Shown here piece after piece: positions 27,708 through 38,900 of a stretch of 64,000 bases of DNA. The stretch spans positions 101,936 to 165,935 of the forward strand of contig JAWSVB010000022.1 of the NCBI GenBank assembly GCA_033852135.1, given 5' to 3'. Numbering within the stretch: the stretch's first letter is position 1; the number at the start of each line of letters is the position of its first letter. The position numbers and the translations under genes are program-made. Below the pieces are notes generated by a model that saw only the letters and a program-made list of their open reading frames with translations, was not told where the DNA came from and made no database searches. Source of the stretch: Gammaproteobacteria bacterium. Lineage in GTDB: Bacteria > Pseudomonadota > Gammaproteobacteria > QZLD01.

Positions 27708-28703
27708 ATGGTTGTAAGATCAAGGCGTAGGAAGCAAAAGAAAGATGTAGAGCAGGGAAGTAATCCACTTCAGGAACTTATCGATCTTAAAGATGAGTAC
27801 TCATCGATAAAGGATGATTTTCTTGAGGAGGAGAGTGGCTCATATTCTGAAAAAATTCTTGATATATCTAAACGTTTGCAGCAGATGTGCGATGCGGATA
27901 CCGATTTGCTTTTGGCCTATTTTCAGTTAAACCGTGAAGATGACTATGATGTGATTCAACCTTTATATTCTGGTGTCATTTGTGAAGTTATTAGCGCCAA
28001 AAAAGTTAAAGATCCAGATGAAAGGTTAATGATTATAGCTGCTGCATTAACTCATGATATTGGAATGCACACCCTAAAAGATATAATTCAAAATCGAGCA
28101 GTACCACTCACTCCAGATCAGCTGGCCGACCTTAAGCTACATCCAATTAGATCTATAAAATATCTACGCAAGTCAGGTGTTAAAAGTGATATATGGATAA
28201 AGTCTGTACAGCAACATCACGAAAGGCTAGATGGTTCAGGTTATCCACATGGCATAAGCAATGACGATATATCGCTTGGAGCTAAAATCATCGCAATATC
28301 AGATGTCTTTATAGCAATGACTAAACCTCATGCTAATAGAGAAGGGGCGATTGCAAAACATGCTCTTACCGAGTTATTTACCAGTCGTGGGGATAAAGTT
28401 GATAATGAATTAACTCAGCTGTTTATTCGTGAGATGGGGTTTTTTCCACCAGGATCGATAGTAAAACTGATTAATGGTGATATTGCTCTGGTAACCCATA
28501 GAGGGCAAACAGCAACTCAACCAATTGTTCAAAGTATCATTGGACCTCGTGGGGCTCCATTTGAAAAGCCAATTCCGCGTAAAACATCGCATGAGGCTTT
28601 TGCTATAAAAGATCTGGAAGCTGGTGATGAATATCGCAAAATGGCCTTTAAATTGGCTGTTCAGCTTTGGAAGAGTGACAAGATTCATTTTTTAAGTAGT
28701 TAG
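27708..28703 (+). CDS. HD-GYP domain c-di-GMP phosphodiesterase with unassigned ~100-aa N-terminal domain
   Basis: 'HDIGMHTL...HHERLDGSGYPHG...ISDVFIAMT'. Confidence 0.82.
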   Translation: MVVRSRRRKQKKDVEQGSNPLQELIDLKDEYSSIKDDFLEEESGSYSEKILDISKRLQQMCDADTDLLLAYFQLNREDDYDVIQPLYSGVICEVISAKKVKDPDERLMIIAAALTHDIGMHTLKDIIQNRAVPLTPDQLADLKLHPIRSIKYLRKSGVKSDIWIKSVQQHHERLDGSGYPHGISNDDISLGAKIIAISDVFIAMTKPHANREGAIAKHALTELFTSRGDKVDNELTQLFIREMGFFPPGSIVKLINGDIALVTHRGQTATQPIVQSIIGPRGAPFEKPIPRKTSHEAFAIKDLEAGDEYRKMAFKLAVQLWKSDKIHFLSS

Positions 28704-28902
28704 TTCTAAAATTATTATTTGATGTAATTCCCCTCTATCTTATTGTGACTATTATCGTTACTATGGCTAACTATGAAAACATACTGTTTTCTTGGAAGAT
28801 TTTGCATATGTAAGTGCATTTTTTATGGGTAAAAATTGTAATTTTTAGATCGTTTTTATATAAAAACAGCGTAATTTATTGAAGTATAAGGGGTATATTA
28901 TT

Positions 28903-29475
28903 ATGAAAAGACTTATTGTTTTGATGTTTTCTGTGGTTTTGTCCCAGTCAGTTTTGGCTGATGAGGTATCTGATGCTATTTCAGCGGCTTTAGATAGTTA
29001 TAAAGCAGGGGATACTTCGGCAGCTATAACAAGCCTTGATTTTGCAAGTTTAAAATTACGTAATTTAAAAAGTGAATCAATTGCAAAGCTAATGCCTGAA
29101 GCTTTAGAAGGTTGGACTGTAATTGAAACAAATAAAGAATCTCATGCTGCTTCAGCTTATGGTGGAATGGTGCTTGCTGGTAAGAGTTATGAGAAGACAG
29201 GAAGTGATTTAAGTATTGTTGTAATGACTGATAGCCCTTTAGTGCAATCTACCGCAATGATGTTTGCTAATCCAATGATGGTCAAGCTTAGTGGAGATAA
29301 AATACTTGATATTAATGGCCAGAAAGCAATTCTTCACTTAATTGATGGAGTTGGGAGCATTCATATTTTGCTTGATAGTAGAATACTTGTCACAGTTGAT
29401 GGGAACAATGTTAAGCAAGAAGAGCTAGAAAAGTATGCTTCAGGTATAAATTTTGAAGAGTTGATTAAGTTGTAA
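28903..29475 (+). CDS. Secreted/periplasmic hypothetical protein
   Basis: ATG at 28903 after RBS AAGGGG. Signal peptide 'MKRLIVLMFSVVLSQSVLA'. No motif recognised. Confidence 0.5.
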   Translation: MKRLIVLMFSVVLSQSVLADEVSDAISAALDSYKAGDTSAAITSLDFASLKLRNLKSESIAKLMPEALEGWTVIETNKESHAASAYGGMVLAGKSYEKTGSDLSIVVMTDSPLVQSTAMMFANPMMVKLSGDKILDINGQKAILHLIDGVGSIHILLDSRILVTVDGNNVKQEELEKYASGINFEELIKL

Positions 29476-29502
29476 TAATAGAATGTTTTAAGCTTGAATA
29501 TT

Positions 29503-29537
29503 AAAAAGCCTACCTAATAAAATTAGGTAGGCTTTTT
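29503..29537. terminator. Bidirectional intrinsic terminator
   Basis: AAAAAGCCTACCTAAT-loop-ATTAGGTAGGCTTTTT, between converging genes. Confidence 0.85.
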
Positions 29538-29564
29538 GCTTTTTAGGCAAGTCCTAAGTAAAAA

Positions 29565-29927
29565 TTAAAACTGGTCAGTACTCAAAAGAACTAAAGTGCA
29601 TGCCTCTTCATATGCAATACCGTTGTCTTTTAAAGCTACTTCGAGTTTTTGATTTTCTGTCCCTGGATTAAAAATTACTCTGCCAGGATTTAGGGCAATA
29701 ATCTCTTCGATCATCGCGGAAGATATATTCGCATTTACATACATGGTGAGTGTATCGACAGATTCTTTAACGGAGCTAAGATCGGGCTTGACAGGCGTAC
29801 CGTTGATCTCTTTTAACTTAGGGCTTATCAAAACCACTTCGTGCCCATGTTCTTGCAGCATTAGCTGCGCACGGTGTGCATACCTATCAGGTTTATCGCT
29901 TGCTCCAAGAATCGCTACTGTTTCCAT
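29565..29927 (-). CDS. CoA-binding domain protein (YccU-like)
   Basis: 'VAILGASDKPDRYAHRA...GHEVVLISPK' is the Rossmann-like CoA_binding_2 signature; 120 aa. Confidence 0.7.
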   Translation of the reverse strand: METVAILGASDKPDRYAHRAQLMLQEHGHEVVLISPKLKEINGTPVKPDLSSVKESVDTLTMYVNANISSAMIEEIIALNPGRVIFNPGTENQKLEVALKDNGIAYEEACTLVLLSTDQF

Positions 29928-29938
29928 AATTTATTACT

Positions 29939-30208
29939 CTACTTTTTCTTTCTAAGAGGGTGGGTGGCGACAAAATGTTTTAATATTTTGCGTAGTTTAT
30001 CTGCATGTTCTGTATCACCTGATTCTTCAGCATCTTTAATATCATCCAAAATGATCTTTTTTATTTTAGGTATACCATTGTCGCAGTTGACTAGGTATTC
30101 ACCCATCTCCATCGCTGCTATTTCAGGAATGTGTTCATGTTCTGCGATTGCCCTAATTTCATCTTCAGTTAGGTCACAAATGCCTAAACAATCTTCATAA
30201 GTTAACAT
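29939..30208 (-). CDS. Hypothetical small acidic protein
   Basis: ORF only, 89 aa. Tightly spaced (11 nt) with the CoA-binding gene on the same strand. Confidence 0.35.
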   Translation of the reverse strand: MLTYEDCLGICDLTEDEIRAIAEHEHIPEIAAMEMGEYLVNCDNGIPKIKKIILDDIKDAEESGDTEHADKLRKILKHFVATHPLRKKK

Positions 30209-30316
30209 ATGGGGATCCCCTTTTAATGATGATACTACTATTATAAAAAATAGGTCATAAGAGCTTGGTAAGCAATGTTTAGAAGAAGATTTTTATAAAG
30301 AATTTGCCTATAAAGG

Positions 30317-31240
30317 TTATTTTATTTTACGGTATTTTGAGTTTAAATACTCTAAAGAGCGACTAGCCATATCATCGCCGCCATCTATCCAGTGAATTTC
30401 ATTGCCATGTTTTTCTAAACGGCGAAAAAAAGTTTCTTGTTTTTTAGCAAATCTTTTTATTGCTGAGTTAAGTTTTTGAAACATATCATTTCGCGTTATT
30501 TGTTTTTGTAGGTATTGTGCTACAAATCTATATTCCAGTCCGTAGAAATCGAGAGTTTCATAACTTACCCCAGTGTCTATTAATCCTTTAACCTCATCAA
30601 TCATACCCATAGCAATTCGAGCTTTTAAACGCTCAGTTATTCTTGCATGCAGTTGATGGCGTTCCCACTTAATCCCTAATATTATTGGGCGTAATTCAGG
30701 AAAATCTGGTTCTTCTGGAGAATTTTTTTCTGCTAAAGCTATCTCAATTGCTCTAATTGTTCTGTTTCTATCGGTAAGATCGGTTGTGTTATGGGTATTG
30801 GGTATCAATTCTAGAAGGTATTTTTGTAATTTGGCTTCATCGTACTCAGCTAACTTATCTCGTAGCTGTTTGTTTTCTGAAGCATAAGCAAAATGATATT
30901 TTTCAATAACTGCTTGTATATATAACCCAGTACCGCCTGCTAAGATGGGAGTTTTATTGCGCGAAGAGATGTCGCTAAAACAGTCAAAAAATCTTTTTTG
31001 ATATTCGTATACATTAAATTCGTATCCTGGGTCTAAAATATCGATTAAGTGATAATTTATATCACCATACTCATCAAGATCTTTTCCGGTTCCAATATCC
31101 ATCCCTCTATAGACCTGCCTGGAGTCGGCAGAAATAATTTCCCCATCTAAATTATTTGCAATATCAACTGCTAATTTAGTTTTTCCGGTAGCTGTAGCTC
31201 CGAGGATAACTATTAAATTGGGATTGTTGCTTTGTTGCAT
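30317..31240 (-). CDS. miaA: tRNA dimethylallyltransferase
   Basis: P-loop 'GATATGKTKLAVDIA' and 'ISADSRQVYRGMDIGTGK', matching E. coli MiaA 'GPTASGKT...ISVDSALIYKGMDIGTAK'. Confidence 0.9.
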   Translation of the reverse strand: MQQSNNPNLIVILGATATGKTKLAVDIANNLDGEIISADSRQVYRGMDIGTGKDLDEYGDINYHLIDILDPGYEFNVYEYQKRFFDCFSDISSRNKTPILAGGTGLYIQAVIEKYHFAYASENKQLRDKLAEYDEAKLQKYLLELIPNTHNTTDLTDRNRTIRAIEIALAEKNSPEEPDFPELRPIILGIKWERHQLHARITERLKARIAMGMIDEVKGLIDTGVSYETLDFYGLEYRFVAQYLQKQITRNDMFQKLNSAIKRFAKKQETFFRRLEKHGNEIHWIDGGDDMASRSLEYLNSKYRKIK

Positions 31241-31459
31241 ATCGGTCCAGGTTGAAGGCAGTAATAGGCGCCAATCATCTCATTTTTAGGAATTAAATCC
31301 AATTAAGCCCTATAAATAGTTCTTAATAACTAAAAAAACAGGACTCAGGTAACATTACAGCAAAAGATTTACAGTAATTAATGGTAACTAAACTATTATT
31401 TTAGTAATTAGTATAAATGTAATTTATCTATTGATGGTTGGTAGTTGTCGGAATGTTTA

Positions 31460-33292
31460 ATGAAAGTAGATAGAGAGTTATTAAAACTTAATATTCTCAT
31501 AATAGATGATCAGCAAATAAATCATGATTGTATCAATGAAATATTGATTGCTTCAGGGTTTGAGCAGATTATCAATGTAACAGATTCCAGAAAGGCGATA
31601 GGGGTCTATCGCACCTTATCACCTGATTTAATCATTATTGATTTGAAAATGCCATTTCAAGATGGAACCTCTCTTTATCAAGATATGATTGATGTATCTG
31701 GTGGACATAAGCCAAATGTATTGGCTCTTGCACATAGAGATGATAGTGACTTAGTAAAAGAGGCTCTTGAAGCTGGTATATCCGATATTATTTACAAACC
31801 TCTAGTTGAAATAGAAATTATTCCTAGAGTAATAAATCAATTAAAAATTTGTAGCTTATATAAAGAAGTAATAGATTTTAAAAAAATTAAACATCAATAT
31901 GGCAATAAAAACATAGATAATCTTCAGCTTGAAACAGAGAAACGCCAGGCTGTTGAAGATAAGCTATTGCATATGGCTATGCATGATCCACGTACCAATT
32001 TTCCCAATAGAATGATGCTTCAACATAGGGTTGGAGAGCTGGTAGAGTTGGAAAAAATAAAACAATTTTATGTAATAGTGGTTTATCTAAAGCATTATGA
32101 TGATATAAACCATGCTCTTGGTTACCATAATGGCGATAAAATCCTTATGCAGGTTGCAGTAAGATTAGGCGATTTAGCTAAGCTCGTTGATGGTGCTATC
32201 CAAATTGACTCACATGGTGGGAGTGAAGATTACCTTTCAGTTCTTGAAGGTGTAAATTTTGCTTTTTTAGTTGATGCTTCAAAAATCAGCGTTGATATTA
32301 ATGATATAGCTTTGTCAGTCTTATCTGATATGCAAAGGCCATTCGATTTTCATGGCATGTCTTTGGATATTGGAGCATATATTGGGATTTCTTCTTACCC
32401 TGAACACGGGAAAAACTCCAATATCCTGATGCAACATGCGCATATAGCTATGGAGATGGCACATAATAATGTTGAGCACTATGCCATTTATTCACCTGGT
32501 GAAGATCCATACAGTGCAAGGCGTTTGATGTTAATGGTTGAGTTACGTGCAGCCATTGAAAATAATAATCTAAAACTTTTTTATCAACCACAAATGTCAC
32601 TTCTAAATGAAGAAGTTGTAGGTGTGGAAGCCTTAATTCGCTGGATTCATCCTAAACTGGGGTTCATACCGCCTGATGAGTTTATCCCAATTGCGGAGCA
32701 AACAGGGATCATAAAGCAATTAACTCGCTGGGTTATAAGGGAAGCAATTAAAAAATGCTATTACTTTTTTGCAAAGGATGAGCCTTTGCGAATGAGTATT
32801 AATATCTCACCTAAAAATATTCAAGAGCCAGATTTAGCAGATTTTATAATTGAGTCACTAGCAGATTATAGTTTGCCTAATGATCTACTAATGCTCGAAT
32901 TAACCGAGAATATTAATTTTGCTAGTAATGGGATTGCTAAAAATAATTTAGATTCGCTGCACTCTAAAAATATTAAATTTTCAGTAGATGATTTTGGTAC
33001 GGGGTATTCTTCACTTTCATACCTAAAGCAACTTCCATTGGCTGAGCTGAAAATTGATAGATCTTTTGTTATGGAGTTAATGGATAATCCTGATGACATT
33101 ATGATTGTACATACAACTATTGAGATGGGGCATAACCTGGGGCTAGAGATTGTAGCAGAGGGTGTGGAAGATGAGCGCTCATGGAATATGCTGCGTGATT
33201 TGGGATGCGATGTAGTGCAAGGGTACTATCTAGGTAGACCAATGCCAGAGGATGATCTGGATAAGTGGTTGGCTAATGGTGGAGTCTTGTAG
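31460..33292 (+). CDS. Response regulator receiver, degenerate GGDEF, and EAL c-di-GMP phosphodiesterase
   Basis: ATG at 31460 (the listed ORF starts at a TTG at 31445). Receiver 'ILIIDDQQ...IIIDLKMPFQDG'. GGDEF-like region 'HDPRTNFPNRMML...' with the signature replaced by 'HGGSEDY'. EAL motifs are intact: 'EALIRW', 'DDFGTGYSSLSYL', 'KIDRSFV'. Confidence 0.82.
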   Translation: MKVDRELLKLNILIIDDQQINHDCINEILIASGFEQIINVTDSRKAIGVYRTLSPDLIIIDLKMPFQDGTSLYQDMIDVSGGHKPNVLALAHRDDSDLVKEALEAGISDIIYKPLVEIEIIPRVINQLKICSLYKEVIDFKKIKHQYGNKNIDNLQLETEKRQAVEDKLLHMAMHDPRTNFPNRMMLQHRVGELVELEKIKQFYVIVVYLKHYDDINHALGYHNGDKILMQVAVRLGDLAKLVDGAIQIDSHGGSEDYLSVLEGVNFAFLVDASKISVDINDIALSVLSDMQRPFDFHGMSLDIGAYIGISSYPEHGKNSNILMQHAHIAMEMAHNNVEHYAIYSPGEDPYSARRLMLMVELRAAIENNNLKLFYQPQMSLLNEEVVGVEALIRWIHPKLGFIPPDEFIPIAEQTGIIKQLTRWVIREAIKKCYYFFAKDEPLRMSINISPKNIQEPDLADFIIESLADYSLPNDLLMLELTENINFASNGIAKNNLDSLHSKNIKFSVDDFGTGYSSLSYLKQLPLAELKIDRSFVMELMDNPDDIMIVHTTIEMGHNLGLEIVAEGVEDERSWNMLRDLGCDVVQGYYLGRPMPEDDLDKWLANGGVL

Positions 33293-33325
33293 GTATTTAT
33301 TTATTGTAGAATAAATATTTAAATT

Positions 33326-33352
33326 AAAAAAAGCCCCAAAAAGGGGCTTTTT
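33326..33352. terminator. Bidirectional intrinsic terminator
   Basis: AAAAAAAGCCCC-AAAAA-GGGGCTTTTT. Confidence 0.85.
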
Positions 33353-33372
33353 AGCATCAATCACAATTGTAA

Positions 33373-34947
33373 TTATTCAGTTGCTTCTTTAACCATCTCT
33401 TCGGTTTCAGCAGCTACTTCTTTAACCGCTTCAACAGTATCTTCAGCAGCTTCTTGCACTTGCTCAGATATTTCTGCTTCTGCAGTTTCAATTTTCTCTG
33501 CCGTAGTTTCAGCTGTAGGTTGATCTGTTTCTACAGCCTTAACAGGGGCTGTTTCTTTTGCTTCAGTAGCCATTGTGGTTTGGGCTTGCTCAACAGGAGC
33601 GTGAATCGCAGTTGCCTCTTCAGCGTGCGCTTCACCCATAGGGATGCTAGGAATAACTTGGAAGCAGATCATCGCAACAATCGTTGGAAGGGCTGCACCA
33701 GCAAGAATTCCAAGAGGGCTGATGCCATCTTCGCCGAATGACTTTTTCAAAATACCAAAACCAGCAGGGTTTGGAGCGTTCGCAATAACTGTTAAACCGC
33801 CACCAGCAACAGCACCAGCAACCAAGCCATATTTTTGACCATCAGTAAGATCAACTAGTGAACCTAAGTAGGTTAAGGCTGCATTGTCAGTGATAGCTGT
33901 TAGACCCGTAGCACCTAAGAATAGAGTGAAATCCCCAAGCTTTGTCAGTACTTCTTGTAGCCACCATTGTTGCATTGTGCCTAAAGTAACCAGACCAGCA
34001 AGGAAGAAACCAACAAGTAGTGATTCTTTTAACTTTAGTTCGTCTTGATACTCTTTGGTAACAGCAACAAAACCAAGGAAAAACATGAATAGACCCATGA
34101 AGAACACCATGTGATGTGCAGTGTATACAACAAGAGCAAGGAATATAAGATGGATCATAGTTATCCACCAAGTTGGAGTCATTGTGTTTTCATGACCCTG
34201 CTTATCTTCTAGTTTGCCAATAAGTTCATTTTTAAAGGCAAATGCTACAGCGAATGTACAAATAACAACAGAGACAGCAGCTTTAAAACCAAAGTTGGTT
34301 ATCATGTGCATGATGCCCCAATGCCATTTACCCGCAACCATTAATACTGGTGGTGCCGCAAAGTGGGTCAGGGTTCCGCCAATCGAAATATTTACAAACA
34401 ATAGACCAATTGTTGCGTACATGAATTTTTTCGACATCTTATTGCTGTAGAAGTATTCAAGCAAAATAAGAGCAGTAACAGTCATAGCCGCAGGCTCAGT
34501 AATAAAAGAACCAAGTAGAGGACCAAGGATAAGAGCTGAGATATAAAATGCCATTCTACCCGGGAATGGTAAAACCTTAGCAGCAGTTTTAATCATCTTT
34601 TCAGCAAGCAGAATGACAGGCCTAGTACCAGCCATACACATAATTACAAATACAAACATAGGTTCGGTGTAATTTTGACTATTAAGATAGTGGATCGCTC
34701 CACCAACTACATTATGTGCATCATCATAAACAACGAAGCCGTTGGTAAATGAATAAAAGATAAGGAATACAGCGGCCCACATTCCAAATACAGCTTCAAC
34801 TTCACCTAAGAAGTGAAATAGATTTTCACCAATAGATCCGTGAGGGTATTTGTGGGATATCTCTTCAAATTTTTTCACCATAAAGGTGTGTATAACAGCA
34901 CAGGCAAAAAGGACTGTACCAATTATTTGAATGGTTGTTGGATTCAT
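33373..34947 (-). CDS. Polytopic inner-membrane transporter-like protein with acidic low-complexity C-terminal tail
   Basis: At least 10 hydrophobic helices. The C-terminal ~90 aa is Ala/Glu/Thr/Val-rich ('TAETTAEKIETAEAEISEQVQEAAEDTVEAVKEVAAETEEMVKEATE'). Family not recognised (a Na+/H+ antiporter-like fold is only a guess). Confidence 0.55.
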   Translation of the reverse strand: MNPTTIQIIGTVLFACAVIHTFMVKKFEEISHKYPHGSIGENLFHFLGEVEAVFGMWAAVFLIFYSFTNGFVVYDDAHNVVGGAIHYLNSQNYTEPMFVFVIMCMAGTRPVILLAEKMIKTAAKVLPFPGRMAFYISALILGPLLGSFITEPAAMTVTALILLEYFYSNKMSKKFMYATIGLLFVNISIGGTLTHFAAPPVLMVAGKWHWGIMHMITNFGFKAAVSVVICTFAVAFAFKNELIGKLEDKQGHENTMTPTWWITMIHLIFLALVVYTAHHMVFFMGLFMFFLGFVAVTKEYQDELKLKESLLVGFFLAGLVTLGTMQQWWLQEVLTKLGDFTLFLGATGLTAITDNAALTYLGSLVDLTDGQKYGLVAGAVAGGGLTVIANAPNPAGFGILKKSFGEDGISPLGILAGAALPTIVAMICFQVIPSIPMGEAHAEEATAIHAPVEQAQTTMATEAKETAPVKAVETDQPTAETTAEKIETAEAEISEQVQEAAEDTVEAVKEVAAETEEMVKEATE

Positions 34948-35298
34948 ATTTTCCTACCTAACTTAAATTTAAAAAAAGCATGCGTACTAGGCCGTGTGTA
35001 TCTTAGCAATACTAGTTCAATTTTTATATCAGTTATATGCAAAAGAGAAAAAAACAGCTAAGAAACTGTAATTTTATTACGGTAAGTAAAAATCTATAAC
35101 AAAAAAAATAGCCAGCGATGGGGATCACTGGCTAAAGCTACGTATATCAGGAGGAAATACTTAATGTTTATAATAACTGTCTAGTACATAATTGCTGTGA
35201 GCAAAGTGACAGGTCATATGTGAATTTGTCCACAGTAGCATGGTAAAGTTCAAATTTATTTAAAAATACTGAAGTAATGAAACAATTAATAACTGTAC

Positions 35299-35844
35299 TT
35301 ATAGTTCTAGAGACATCATTAAGTCATCCTCTTTCGAACCATCAAGATTAAGGATTCTATTTTTTAGTTGCCCCTCGATTTGGAATCCAAGCTTTTGGTA
35401 GAGTTTTGTTGCTTTTGAATTGCTAGCGCGCACCATAAGTTCTATACGAGTTACTTTTGGTTTTTCTGCTTTTATTTGTTTAATGAACTGTTTAAAGATT
35501 TTATAGCCAAGGCCCTGAGCTTGGTAATCTGGGGATACAACAACTGTTAAGCCAGCTATAACATGTGAAAAACAATATATGTTGGCTGTGTAGCCGTGTA
35601 TCTCAGCGATTACTTCATTTGAAGATGTATCTCGGGCAATTAGGCAAACCCCATGGTTTATAGCTGAGTTGATGTTGTCGCGAATATAATCAAGGTCTAT
35701 CTCACTATCAAGGCGTGCAAGCGAACCTGGTTGTGCAGCTACTTTCTTATATAGAGTGAAAATATCATTTATATCTTCTATTTTGCCTGGGTAAATCATT
35801 AGGTAGTCAACTGTTGTTAGTGTTTTATTGAGTGGGGCAATCAA
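35299..35844 (-). CDS. GNAT family N-acetyltransferase
   Basis: 'QGLGYKIFKQF...' and 'ATKLYQKLGF' are acetyl-CoA binding motifs A and B. Confidence 0.75.
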   Translation of the reverse strand: MIAPLNKTLTTVDYLMIYPGKIEDINDIFTLYKKVAAQPGSLARLDSEIDLDYIRDNINSAINHGVCLIARDTSSNEVIAEIHGYTANIYCFSHVIAGLTVVVSPDYQAQGLGYKIFKQFIKQIKAEKPKVTRIELMVRASNSKATKLYQKLGFQIEGQLKNRILNLDGSKEDDLMMSLEL

Positions 35845-35959
35845 TCATATGGTGTATAATAATTCTACTTTATCATGGAATATATGATGGCCCATATCAT
35901 AATCAAGCGGGTTAACAGATAAATATTAGATGAAAAAATATTAGATGGAACTTAACTAG

Positions 35960-38900
35960 ATGCCACTCAAACTATATCAAAGCGATAAGTTAGAAATTTT
36001 GTTAGAACATCTTGCAGATTCTATGCAATCTGATCGCTGTGGTGATCCATTAGCTCCTGAAACAGTTATAGTTCAAAATAATGGCATGGCGCAATGGGTT
36101 GCACAAAACTTAGCTGAAAAAATTGGCATTGTAGCAAACGTTAATTTCATTCTTCCAACAGGTTTTACTTGGGATTTAATTCGTAAGTTTATTGATGCTC
36201 CGCAAAGGGCTGATTTAGAAAAAGATGAATTGGTATGGAGGATATTTGCAGCACTTTATGGGCATGAGGTAGTAGCTCCAGAGATTGAAAATTATATTGC
36301 AGAGCCAAATGGTGAGATAAAGTGTTTTCAATTAGCTAATCAGTTAGCTGATATCTATGACCAATACCAAATGTTTCGCCAGGATTGGATTTTAGATTGG
36401 GATGATACTGGATGTACTGATGAACATTGGCAAGTTAAACTTTGGCAGCACCTTTCTGACTTTGGTTTAAAGCAGCATCGATCGAAGTTATTAAAGCAGT
36501 TTTTTGATCTATCTAGCACTAATTACCTCGATATAGAAAAGCTCCCTAAAAAAATAGCTATATTTGGTATAGATACGATGCCACCAGCTTATCTGTCGAT
36601 ATTCTCACTATTATCTGCTTACATAGATATCTCTATATATACATTTAATCCATGTGCTGAATATTGGGGGGATATCGCTTCTGAAAAGTATCAAGCAAAT
36701 TTGCGTTTAACAAATAAAGACCCTCAAACTACAGAATATATGGATTCAGGTAACTTGCTGCTGTCTTCAATGGGAAAGGTGGGAAGAGACTATCATGAGA
36801 TTATTCTAGAGTTAGATTCACATATTCAAGACTATGAAGAGTTCCAATGCTTTAGCTCGATTAACACCCCCACAAATTTATTAGGATCTGTGCAACAGGA
36901 TATATTACTCCTGCGTAATGGTAACAGTAATTCTGCGGTAGAAAATGACAATACGATTCAGCTCCATAATTGCCATACGCGATTGCGTGAAGTTGAAGTA
37001 TTGTATGACCAGCTTCTAGATGTTTTTAATCAGGAGTCGACTATAGAGCCGCAAGAAATTGTGGTGATGGCTCCAGATATCAATAAATATGCACCATTTA
37101 TTGAAGCAGTTTTTGGTCGGAACGGGTTAAAAAAGCAAGAATCATTCGATGAGCAATATTCAAAATACATACCTTGGTCAATTGCGGATAGAACCTCAGT
37201 AAGTGAAACACCTGTATTGCAGGCATTTATGCAGATTATTGGCTTGTATAGTAGCAGGGTAACAGCAGCTGATATTATCCGACTTATAAAAGTGGAAGCT
37301 ATAGCCAATAAGTTTGATCTCAGTGAATTGGATATCCAAAATATCCAGCAGTGGATTGAAGAAAGTGGAATACGCTGGGGATTAGATGCGCACTTTCGTA
37401 AAAGATTTGATTTGCCAGAGGTGGAGATCAATAGCTGGAAATTTGGTCTTGAACGGATGTTATTGGGGTATTCAGTAGCATCTGAAGAGGTTTTATTTGA
37501 TGATAAGTTACCGTATTTAGAGATAGAGGGGAGCAATGCAGAATCGGCAGGTAAGTTAACCCACTTTATCTATAAAATATCTGATTTAATTGAGGTGTTT
37601 TCTCAAAAACATAGCGCAATAGAGTGGCAAGATATAATTAATAGTTTGCTGGAAACTTTTTTTACCCCTGAAGATGATGATGAATCAATCTTGCAAAACA
37701 TACGTAACTGTATCGGTGATTTCGTTGATATAGCTGAAGAGCAGGAGTTTTATCAGGGCAGGGTATTAAGCGTAGCCATTATTAATGAGTACCTTACCAA
37801 TGCATTGATGAACCAGATGGATAGTGGACGCTTTTTAGCTGGCAAAGTTACATTTTGTACATTACAGCCAATGCGTGCGATACCTTTTAAAGTGGTTTGT
37901 TTGCTTGGTATGAATGATGATGAGTTTCCGCGCCAGCAGAAAAAATCCTCGCTAGATTTAATTACCCAAAATGCAGCAAAATTAGGCGATAGAAATAGGC
38001 GTGATGATGACAGGTACCTGTTTTTGCAGGCCATACTATCTGCACGCCAATATCTATACATCAGTTACATTGGCCGCAGTGTGATTGATAACTCTAAAAC
38101 TTTACCATCTGCACTTGTGAGCGAACTATATGATTATCTAGAGCGATTTTATGCAATCATGCCGCAGCAGATAACAACACAGCATCCATTGCAGCCATTT
38201 GATAAGAAATATTTCTCAGATAACGGGGAGCTATTTAGTTATGCAGAGGAATGGCTTCCTGCTTCTAGCGCTATCAAAAGCTTAACTGCTGAAAATCCTT
38301 TTTTTACTTCAATGCTGGAGGAACCAGATAGCACATTAAAGGTTCTCACCATAAGTGATTTAGTAAGCTTTTTTGCGAAACCAGCCCGCTATTTACTGCG
38401 CCAAAGAATGGGGGTTAACTTTGATCTTCAAATAGATGAAGTTGAAGAGGATGAACCGTTTTATCTGACCAGTCTTGATGATTATAAGATTAAAGAAAAA
38501 TTACTTGATTGCTGCCTTTTTGAGCATGATGAAACAAATTTTTATAAGAAGTTGTGTTTGTCAGGAACCATCCCTCATGGACACATAGGTGAGAAATCCT
38601 ACAACAATATTGCTGCAGAGGTTGATACATTGGCGGCAAAGGTTAAGCCCTACCTTGAGGGTGATATAGAAAACTATAGTGGAACCATCAATATAAGCGA
38701 TTTTGAGGTTTCTGCTTCTATAACCAATATAACTGCTGATGGAATGCTTTTATATCGGGTAGGTAAATTAAGACCAATAGACAGAGTAGAGCTAAGAGTT
38801 AAGCATCTTTTTTTACAGGTAGCCTTTGGTTTTAGTCTGCCAGCTATTTTTATTGCTCAAGACCAGACTTTAATAATTCAACCAGTAGATGATCCAGGTG

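Noticed and set aside
29939-30208. Small acidic ORF downstream of the CoA-binding gene, considered as an antitoxin or anti-sigma factor.
   Set aside because: No recognisable motif or partner gene. Kept as a hypothetical CDS only.
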